From an uncultured Bacteroidales bacterium (GTDB lineage Bacteria; Bacteroidota; Bacteroidia; Bacteroidales; UBA932), in contig CAMYVB010000008.1 in assembly GCA_947302175.1 (NCBI GenBank), positions 5,132 through 69,131 of the forward strand: 64,000 bases of DNA. The letters run 5' to 3'. Made by a program: the position numbers and the translations under genes. This document shows positions 1 through 7,594 of the stretch, one piece after another (position 1 is the first letter of the stretch; every line of letters begins with the position of its first letter). Below the pieces are notes generated by a model that was not told the origin of the DNA, ran no database searches, and saw nothing but the letters and a program-made list of their open reading frames with translations.

Positions 1-714
1 GAGGCCGGGGTCGCCGTAGCCCTCGAGCCTTCCGCCGTTGCGCGCAATGGTGAGCGGCTCGCTCCAGCTCTGCCCCATATCGGTGCTGTAGCGGCTGACG
101 ACGTCAATCTCAGCAGGGAGGTCGTTTTCGGTAACATTGCGCCTGTCGTTGACAACAAGGAGCGTCCCGTCGCTAAGCTGCCTGATGGCGGGGATGCGGT
201 AGAAGTTGGACCCGTAGTCGCCGGGGGCGAAAAGGAGTTTGCGGCATAGCAGTATCTCCCTGGGGCCGCCCTCGGGCGTCTCGGGAGCACATGTGCTGCC
301 CTTGAAGCGCACCAGAGGGACCTCCGCGCTGACAAGACCGCCTTCGGGGGCGTCAGGGAGTATGTCGGCGCAGACGCTGAGGCGCAGGGTGTCGCTGAAA
401 GCCTTGCGGCAACGCAGCACGTAGGAGCGCACGCCGTCACGCACCTTCGCGGAGGCGAGTTCCTTCGCCCCGTCCATGAGCGTAATACGCCCAACGCTCG
501 AGTCCGGCGCATCGAGCTCAATCCCGACTGCGCAAAGGGTCGCCGCCTCCCCGCCGGAAGCGACTATCTCCATCTCAATCAGTGGCTCAAACATGTTGCC
601 GCGGCCTGTGAAGCGACCGTCGCGCGTCAAACTGACCGTAGCGGGACCGTTGGGAGCGCAAGCCGCCAAAAGAAGCGGCAGCGAGAAAGCAAGGGCGAAA
701 AGTATCTTTTTCAT
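1..714 (-). CDS. Sialidase (GH33-like, BNR/Asp-box) lipoprotein, 5' part only (runs off window start)
   Basis: Manual translation: MKKILFALAFSLPLLLAAC lipoprotein signal, NFYRIPAI (RIP motif) and Asp-box STDMGQSW in the same frame; absent from the ORF track because the stop lies outside the window. Confidence 0.85.
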   Translation of the reverse strand, partial: MKKILFALAFSLPLLLAACAPNGPATVSLTRDGRFTGRGNMFEPLIEMEIVASGGEAATLCAVGIELDAPDSSVGRITLMDGAKELASAKVRDGVRSYVLRCRKAFSDTLRLSVCADILPDAPEGGLVSAEVPLVRFKGSTCAPETPEGGPREILLCRKLLFAPGDYGSNFYRIPAIRQLSDGTLLVVNDRRNVTENDLPAEIDVVSRYSTDMGQSWSEPLTIARNGGRLEGYGDPGL

Positions 715-749
715 AAGCTCAAAATCCGTTTTGTCAAAAATACAAAATG

Positions 750-780
750 TTTGTCCTGCGACAAAAAAAGTTTAACTTAG
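750..780 (+). promoter_or_regulatory. Bacteroidetes sigma-A-like promoter of the peptide/M64 cassette
   Basis: TTTG (750-753), 19-nt spacer, TAACTTAG (773-780, one mismatch to TAnnTTTG). Confidence 0.55.
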
Positions 781-808
781 CAGACAAATACTTATTAAAC
801 GATCAAGT

Positions 809-943
809 ATGGAAAAGTATCAGCGCCCGGACCTGGAGATTACCAGGTTCGAGCTTAAGCGGAACATCTTGAATTCCAGCACGGAAGATTTCCCCGTGGT
901 CCCTGCGGATCCGGGCTTCTCCAACTGGGACGGGATTTTTTGA
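809..943 (+). CDS. 44-aa peptide MEKYQRPDLEITRFELKRNILNSSTEDFPVVPADPGFSNWDGIF (YxxPxxE motif)
   Basis: ATG to TGA read by hand; A/T-rich leader; ends 15 nt before the next ATG; similar to the peptide at 23671-23796. Confidence 0.75.
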   Translation: MEKYQRPDLEITRFELKRNILNSSTEDFPVVPADPGFSNWDGIF

Positions 944-958
944 CAGGAGGACAAAGCG

Positions 959-3052
959 ATGAAAAAGTACTTCTTATTAATCCCTGTAGTTGTCGCCGCT
1001 CTATTTTCCTGCGAAAAACCCGCGGCCAACATCCCCGAAGTAGCCATACCCGAGATTGCCATACTCCCCGACGGCACGCAGGTCTGCGAGGACCTTTCTC
1101 CCTTCGTCTTCCCCGGCGAGGGTCCCGAGTGTACGATCGAAGCCTCCTGCAATCCTTCGACCCGCAGCAGCTTCTCAATGAATCCGGGCGGAACGGCCGC
1201 CACGCTCCTTTGGCGCTCGAATGACACGTTCCAGACTCTCCTTCGCTCCGAAGGCTCATGGTATGCCTATACCTACAAGACCACCGACGACGGGACCACC
1301 AGCGCCACCTTCACAGGCAATACACCTTCCAGGACGGGAGAGTTTTTCAGCTTCCACCCCAAATACTACAAGTTCGGAAGGACGGGCTCCAACCTCGAGA
1401 CCTATATTTTCGGAGTGGATATCCCCACCAAACAGACAGCAGTTGCAGGCGGCTATGCAGACACGCTCAACAGGGCCTTCGCCTACAGCGATGCCTTCAC
1501 CACCAACCTGAAGTTTAGAAACTTATGCGCCGTCCTTAAATTCAGGTTAGCTGGTGATATAGTGAACGAAATCAGGAGCGTAACCCTCAAGACTGACGGC
1601 TACATTTCGGGCAACCTTGTCTTCAAACGCAGCGCCGACACTCTCCAATACGCGCCCTCCAATGTCTTTAACGGTGACTCCCGCAGCGACAGCATAATCC
1701 TTCGCGGCACTTTCCAGCCCGACACGGACTACTATATTGTGGCTAACGCCAAGCCTTGCTCGACCTTCAAGCTCATATGCCGCAACGAATCGGGCAGGCC
1801 GGCGACCAAAATGGCCTCAAGAGCCGTCAACCTTCAGCGCTCCCGCGTGACCGATATCGGCACCGTGGACCTCTCCGCAGGCTATGACGCCAGCGGCGGC
1901 AGTTACGTCGAAACCGTTGAAGTCGAGCACTACCTTAGCAGCACAAAGGCAGGAGCCAAGCCCGTGACCCTTGTCGTAATTCCCGACGGATATGTCCAGA
2001 GCGATATGAACCTCTTCAAAGCCCGCGCCCGCGCCGCAATCGACTTCCTCTTCACCGTAGAGCCCTACAAGACCTACAAGGAGTATTTCAGCGCCTGGAT
2101 AATCAGCGTCAACTCCCGTGAGAGCGGCGCCTCAATCACCGACGGCAAGGGGAACATAACGACTTCTGTCGATACTTATTTCGGCAGCAGATGGGGAGCG
2201 AGCAGCTATAGCGACATGAAGGCCAATGATAATACAATTTTCAACTTCGTCTCCACCAACTGTCCCGAGATAGTTTCAGGACAGCGCACAATAAACGACG
2301 TTCCCGTGTTGATGCTAATCAACGATACTCGCTACGGCGGCATCAACTGGAACTACTACACCGGCAAATCCTACTGCATGGTGCCCTTCCAGCGCAGCGG
2401 AGCAACGATGCAGTGGTCATATCCTTCCATCGAGGCAGTCAGCGCAACTGACCCTTCTCAGGGCACCAGGAGCGTGACCAGCGCCGAAAAGAACGCCCTC
2501 GGCATCAGCCGCGGCGACTGGCGCTATACCGTGACCCACGAATATGGAGGCCATGGATTCGCCAAGCTGGCCGACGAGTACTGGAGCACGACCGTCAAAA
2601 GCGCTACGAGCACCATTCTCAATCATTACTATCCCGTGCCCACCTATCTCAACGTATCTCCCACCTACGACAACACTCCCTGGCAGTATCTGCTTGACAT
2701 CAAGGAGTCACTCGTAGAGTCCAATCCTCTTTACGACAGGATAGGCGTCTATCACGGCGGCTTCACTTCGCCCCTCAACTACTGGCGCAGCGAAAAGACC
2801 AGTTGCATGATTGACAACAGGCCCTATTTCTCCACCTGGCAGAGAGAGATCATCGTCCAGCGCATCCTGAAGCTCGCAGGCGAGACTTTCAACTGGCACA
2901 CTTTCTTCGACAAGGACGTCGCCACCGACCCCCTGCGCGATTCAGCATCCTCTTCAGTCGCTCAGGAGAACCTCGACGACATCCCCGTAATGCCCATGCT
3001 CCCGCCTCCGGTCTGGGTAGACGCGATGGGGCGGGAGCACAGAGACTATTAG
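959..3052 (+). CDS. Lipoprotein with fimbrillin/Mfa-like N-terminal domain and C-terminal M64 (IgA peptidase-family) metallopeptidase
   Basis: LFSC lipobox; STRSSF...W..ND pilin-like start; LVVIPDGY, HEYGGHGFAKLADEY and WRSEKTSCM motifs typical of M64; AGGAGG upstream. Confidence 0.8.
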   Translation: MKKYFLLIPVVVAALFSCEKPAANIPEVAIPEIAILPDGTQVCEDLSPFVFPGEGPECTIEASCNPSTRSSFSMNPGGTAATLLWRSNDTFQTLLRSEGSWYAYTYKTTDDGTTSATFTGNTPSRTGEFFSFHPKYYKFGRTGSNLETYIFGVDIPTKQTAVAGGYADTLNRAFAYSDAFTTNLKFRNLCAVLKFRLAGDIVNEIRSVTLKTDGYISGNLVFKRSADTLQYAPSNVFNGDSRSDSIILRGTFQPDTDYYIVANAKPCSTFKLICRNESGRPATKMASRAVNLQRSRVTDIGTVDLSAGYDASGGSYVETVEVEHYLSSTKAGAKPVTLVVIPDGYVQSDMNLFKARARAAIDFLFTVEPYKTYKEYFSAWIISVNSRESGASITDGKGNITTSVDTYFGSRWGASSYSDMKANDNTIFNFVSTNCPEIVSGQRTINDVPVLMLINDTRYGGINWNYYTGKSYCMVPFQRSGATMQWSYPSIEAVSATDPSQGTRSVTSAEKNALGISRGDWRYTVTHEYGGHGFAKLADEYWSTTVKSATSTILNHYYPVPTYLNVSPTYDNTPWQYLLDIKESLVESNPLYDRIGVYHGGFTSPLNYWRSEKTSCMIDNRPYFSTWQREIIVQRILKLAGETFNWHTFFDKDVATDPLRDSASSSVAQENLDDIPVMPMLPPPVWVDAMGREHRDY

Positions 3053-3095
3053 GATCTGTCCCTAGAATTCCAGCTTGAGGGCCACAGGCTCTTGC

Positions 3096-4430
3096 TTAAG
3101 GCCCTTTGGAAGCTTCACTGAGACCGTGCCGTCCTTTGCGACGGCACGTATTTTTACCGTTGTTAAGGACTGTCACTTTTTTAGGAGTGGCGCCGTTCCA
3201 GCAGAGGCTCTCAGGGAGAGTCTCGCCGTCGGGAAGGGCATAGACAGCGTAGAGCGTCTTTCCGTCCTTCGATGCGCTTACCCACAGGTTGTCGGCGGGA
3301 TGGTAGTCAGGAGTGGTGCGGGTGCAGTAAATGGCCTCCCCGCAGCGGCTGAGCCATTCGCCTATTTCGTCGAGGATAGCCACTGCCGCATCCTCTATGA
3401 TGCCTTCGGGCGTGGGGCCTACGCCGAGCACGAAGCAGCCGCCCTTGGCGCAAATTTCAGCGAGTATATTCACGACCTTTCGTGCGCTCTTCCATCTGGG
3501 ATGGGGATCCCAGCCCCAGTTGTCGGAGAGAGTGATGCAGGACTCCCAGGGGTGGTTGACTTGTGTGGGCGGGACGGCGCGCTCAGGGGTCTGGTAGTTC
3601 TCGTTGGGGCCCTTGATGGTGCGGTCCACGCAAATAAGGCCCGGGCTCACTTTCCTCGCTTCAGGGAGCACTTCATTGATGCCCACCTGGTCGCCCGTGA
3701 CCCAGCCTCCGTCGAGCCAGAGTATATCAAGCTTGCCGTAACGGCCGCCGGTGAGCTCGGTGAGCTGGTTTTTCGAGAATTCGACATAGCTCTGCCACCA
3801 GTCGGGGTGAGTCTCTATGTTGTAGTTGGGACGGCGGTTAGGCGTGGCGTAGTAGGGGTTCCAGAAGCCGTGGTGGTGCCAGTCGGGCTTTGAGAAATAG
3901 GCTCCGGTCCAGAATCCCTTCTCCCTGAAAGCTTCGAAAACATACTTGGCGACGTCCTTGCGGGGGTTCGATGCAAACGGCCCGTGGGCTATGCCAAAGT
4001 CTGTGTACTGCGAGTCATACATGCAGAAGCCGTCGTGGTGCTTCGTCGTGAAAATCATATATTTCATGCCGGCCCTTTGGAAAACTTCGGCCCACTGCCC
4101 GGGATTGAACTCGGTGGGGTTGAACTTCTCCGACAGGCCCCAGTACCACTTCTTATATTCCTCATATACCGATCCTTTCGGCCTTGTGACCCATTCTTCG
4201 TTGCATATGCTCCAGGACTCCACTATTCCCGGCACTGCATATATGCCCCAGTGCATCAGGACACCGAACTTCAGGTCCTGCCACTGGTCGAGTTTTTCAA
4301 GTACGGCAGGGTCGGCGGGGTACTCATACCCGTCCGCCTGTCCGACGATGTCACCGTGCTCCTGCGCCCACGCGGCGCTTCCCATTGCGACCATCATCGC
4401 CGCAGCAATCAATATCAGTCTTTTCTTCAT
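3096..4430 (-). CDS. Alpha-L-fucosidase (GH29); C-terminus probably frameshifted (alternative end at 3062)
   Basis: Signal peptide MKKRLILIAAA; KFGVLMHWG, TTKHHDGF and LWLDGGW motifs; TATATTTG promoter element at 4449-4456. Confidence 0.88.
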   Translation of the reverse strand: MKKRLILIAAAMMVAMGSAAWAQEHGDIVGQADGYEYPADPAVLEKLDQWQDLKFGVLMHWGIYAVPGIVESWSICNEEWVTRPKGSVYEEYKKWYWGLSEKFNPTEFNPGQWAEVFQRAGMKYMIFTTKHHDGFCMYDSQYTDFGIAHGPFASNPRKDVAKYVFEAFREKGFWTGAYFSKPDWHHHGFWNPYYATPNRRPNYNIETHPDWWQSYVEFSKNQLTELTGGRYGKLDILWLDGGWVTGDQVGINEVLPEARKVSPGLICVDRTIKGPNENYQTPERAVPPTQVNHPWESCITLSDNWGWDPHPRWKSARKVVNILAEICAKGGCFVLGVGPTPEGIIEDAAVAILDEIGEWLSRCGEAIYCTRTTPDYHPADNLWVSASKDGKTLYAVYALPDGETLPESLCWNGATPKKVTVLNNGKNTCRRKGRHGLSEASKGP

Positions 4431-4461
4431 GTGGTAATATGTTTTTTGCAAATATAATCTT

Positions 4462-6630
4462 TTATTGCATGGTGTGGAAGCCTTCGTAGCGGACGATCCA
4501 GGAGCCGTCGGCGGGGAAGCCGGGAGCGTGACCGGCAGAAGCCTCAAAGCCGGCGGCAGGAAGGCCGTCCCACCCCTGGCACATCATAGCCACAGCAGTC
4601 AGCAGTCCGCCGCTGGCCGGGAAATAAGGGGAAGGCCACATATCCGCGAGCCCGTGCTCGTCGAAAGCGAACTTATGAGCCGTCGTACAAAGCAAATCGA
4701 CAGCCTTGGCAGGGTCGCCAAGACGCGCGGCAGCCATCGCCAGCATGGGATAATCCCAACCCCAAATGCGATCCATCTGCCAGCTATCCAAAACCTTATA
4801 AAAAGTGCGGCGGAAAGTTTCCTTATCCACTCCGTCTCCGGGAAGCCAGCCATACATGCCCGTCAGGGCAGGGTGCTCGAAATTGTACCTACCCCACATA
4901 TCCTCCATCCTCTCGTGCGTAATGTAGCATCCGTCCTCGACAGGCAGGGCCGAAAGCTTCTCCAGTACTGACTTCCAATGCCTTACCTTGCGCCCCGGCA
5001 CCCTTGTGCGCGAAGCCCACTCTATGGCGGTGCGAAGCCCGTAGCGCCAGTACGAAAGCTCGAAAACGGGATTCATAGTCTCCTCCATCTTAGTGTTCTC
5101 CGAAACCGGAATCACGGGAGGCCCGAGCACGAAACGCTTGCCCTCCTTGTCCCAGAACGGGTAATCAGCCATGTAGTCGGCGCTCGCAACGACAATCTCT
5201 GTCCATTTGTCCAGCGTCTGACGCGAAGGATTGGCGCGATACTCCTGCTCAGCGAACCAAATGGGGTGCGGCTGCTGCCAAATCAGCATCGCGTGCGGCT
5301 CGCACGGCCATTCGCGGTTGAAATTCGCCGTGCACTTGGGCCACTTGGCGCCTTTGCGCCCTTCGGACGCCGCCCTCTTCCGAGCCTCAGGAAGGAAAGA
5401 CTTGTAGGTCGCAAGATAGCCGTCAATGTACTTTTGACGACCCCAAAGCTGGAAGCATGCGGCGTGCCACCAAATCATCTCCCAATGGTAGCGGCCATAC
5501 CATCCGTTATTCACAAGGCCCGATTCCTGCGGCGGAAAAAGGCCGGTCTCATTGATGCGCATCAGGTACTGCGAAAGCACTATCCTGCGCTCCAGCTCCT
5601 TCCAGCGCGGGTCGCTGCTCCCGCTGAGGTCCACTGCCGCTCCGCTCATCCAATACTCCTCCCACGCCGCGGCGGAGGCCTTTTCAATATCAGAGGCAAC
5701 GGGAAGCGGCGCCTCAGGCCCCGTAGAGTCAAAATTCGCAAGATAGGCAGGCGTCCCGCCGGGGATCGAGACAGGGCGGAAAAGGACGGTGAGATCGAAA
5801 CTGTCGCCACCCTTAGTCCTAAGCTCGTAGCGGTGCTCTCCCGCTTTCACAATCGAAGCGTCGCCCTGCCATTCCAGGACTATTTCGTAGGACGTATCGT
5901 CCAGAGTATGAACTATTTTAGCGGATGAATCACCCTCCTCGGCAATTGAGCTCGAATGAAGGGCGGGGGAGTCGTAGTCGCCGACGAACTTCTCCATCCC
6001 TTCCGCCTTTGCGTATGGCAGCTCAATGAAGAATCCGAGGCGCTCCTTCGAGATTAGCTCCGAACTCACCCTCACAGACACCATGTCCATCCCGGGGTGG
6101 CATGCGGTGCGCACCGACACTTCGCTTCCCTCCAGCGAGAAGCGGCTCTTGACAAGGCCCGTCCAAAGCTCGCTCTCTTGAAAAAAATCGGCGATATCAG
6201 CCTCGGTGGCAGGGGAGGCGTCCCTTTTTGTCAGCATGAACCCAATGCGCCCCAGGTTGATGCGGTGCGGGTTGCACCTCAGATAATCCGAAATCTCGGG
6301 ATGGAGAGGGTCGCGGAGGATGTAGGGAATCTTTTTGCCGTAGCTCTCGATTACCTGCGCCTGATAGTCGGATATTTGACAACCCTCAGGCAGGGGGAAA
6401 GAATGCCAGCCCCAGTCGCTAAGGGTATTGAACGCCTTGAAAGTCTGAAGGCCTGTCACGTCCACTCCGAAAGCGAAGCGGCCGTTACCCACCTGCGCAG
6501 GGCTGTGTTTTAGCGACTCGCTTATATGCGGGTTGTGCCGCTCCACCACCGCGCGCCTGTCTATGGGCTGCGAGTGGGCGGCGGCAATGAGCCCCGTAAG
6601 CAGGCAGAGGGTGGTAAAAAAGCGTCTCAT
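4462..6630 (-). CDS. Secreted six-hairpin glycosidase-like protein (GH65/GH95-like fold, family uncertain)
   Basis: Signal peptide MRRFFTTLCLL; VGNGRFAFGVDVTGLQ, PPQESGL, WYGRYHWEM and WGWDYPM motifs; lies in a glycosidase operon. Confidence 0.65.
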   Translation of the reverse strand: MRRFFTTLCLLTGLIAAAHSQPIDRRAVVERHNPHISESLKHSPAQVGNGRFAFGVDVTGLQTFKAFNTLSDWGWHSFPLPEGCQISDYQAQVIESYGKKIPYILRDPLHPEISDYLRCNPHRINLGRIGFMLTKRDASPATEADIADFFQESELWTGLVKSRFSLEGSEVSVRTACHPGMDMVSVRVSSELISKERLGFFIELPYAKAEGMEKFVGDYDSPALHSSSIAEEGDSSAKIVHTLDDTSYEIVLEWQGDASIVKAGEHRYELRTKGGDSFDLTVLFRPVSIPGGTPAYLANFDSTGPEAPLPVASDIEKASAAAWEEYWMSGAAVDLSGSSDPRWKELERRIVLSQYLMRINETGLFPPQESGLVNNGWYGRYHWEMIWWHAACFQLWGRQKYIDGYLATYKSFLPEARKRAASEGRKGAKWPKCTANFNREWPCEPHAMLIWQQPHPIWFAEQEYRANPSRQTLDKWTEIVVASADYMADYPFWDKEGKRFVLGPPVIPVSENTKMEETMNPVFELSYWRYGLRTAIEWASRTRVPGRKVRHWKSVLEKLSALPVEDGCYITHERMEDMWGRYNFEHPALTGMYGWLPGDGVDKETFRRTFYKVLDSWQMDRIWGWDYPMLAMAAARLGDPAKAVDLLCTTAHKFAFDEHGLADMWPSPYFPASGGLLTAVAMMCQGWDGLPAAGFEASAGHAPGFPADGSWIVRYEGFHTMQ

Positions 6631-6631
6631 C

Positions 6632-7594
6632 TTAGCAGGATGCGGCGATGGAGAGCGATGCGATGTCGCCAATCGCTTCGCCAAGGCCTGCGGGAATAAT
6701 GCGGCACACCGCCGCTGCGGCGGGAAGCGCCTCGCGGTCGATTGCAGAGTGCATAAACGGTCTTATGAGCTCCTCGGCGCGAACGAATATGCTGCCTATG
6801 ACTATCGCTTCGGGATTGAGTATGTCGATAAGAATGGAAAGCGCCCTGCCCAGGTACTCGGCCGACGTGCGGTAGACCCCCTTTGCCAGCTCGTCGCCAG
6901 CTGCGGCAGCTTCGGCGACTGTCTTTGCCGTGATACTTGAAATGTCGCCGCCCGGGGCCCAGGAGACGCTGCGGCCCATCATAAGCTGCTCTTTAGCGGC
7001 CATCTGCCCAAGCTGCGCTATGCCTCCGCCGCTGGCAAAGCCTTCGAACGAACCGGCCTTGCCGTAGCCAACGGGGCCGAAGTCGCTAAGGCGCATGTGC
7101 CCGGCTTCGCCCGCGTTGTCGTTGGTGCCGGCGTATAATTTGCCGTCGAGCACAAGGCCGGCGCCCATGCCGGTGCCGAAGGTGAGGAACACCATGTTGC
7201 GCGTGCCTTTGCCGGCGCCGTATTTCCACTCGGCCAGCGCGCAGGCGTTCGCGTCGTTCTGCAATATTGCCCTTATGCCCACGGCCTCCTCTACCATCTT
7301 AACTATAGGCACTTTGTCCCATCCGGGCAGGTTCGGCGGCGAAAGTATCACGCCCGTCCTGCTGTCCAGCGGTCCGCCGCAGGAGATGCCCACGGCGCGT
7401 GTGTTTTCCTGATTGAGGTCATGGCGTTGCGCCATGGCCTTCACCTCACCGAGTATCCTCTCTATCGTCTCATCCTTACCCGTCGTATCAAACTTCACTT
7501 TCTCCTTGATCTCCAACTCTCCATCCCTGTCCACTCCCCAAATCACCGCGCACTTCGTCCCTCCTATATCAACTCCCAATAAATTCTGTATCAT
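6632..7594 (-). CDS. ROK-family sugar kinase
   Basis: GVDIGGT, NDANACALAE, GTGMGAG and GEAGH motifs; no N-terminal HTH. Confidence 0.88.
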   Translation of the reverse strand: MIQNLLGVDIGGTKCAVIWGVDRDGELEIKEKVKFDTTGKDETIERILGEVKAMAQRHDLNQENTRAVGISCGGPLDSRTGVILSPPNLPGWDKVPIVKMVEEAVGIRAILQNDANACALAEWKYGAGKGTRNMVFLTFGTGMGAGLVLDGKLYAGTNDNAGEAGHMRLSDFGPVGYGKAGSFEGFASGGGIAQLGQMAAKEQLMMGRSVSWAPGGDISSITAKTVAEAAAAGDELAKGVYRTSAEYLGRALSILIDILNPEAIVIGSIFVRAEELIRPFMHSAIDREALPAAAAVCRIIPAGLGEAIGDIASLSIAASC

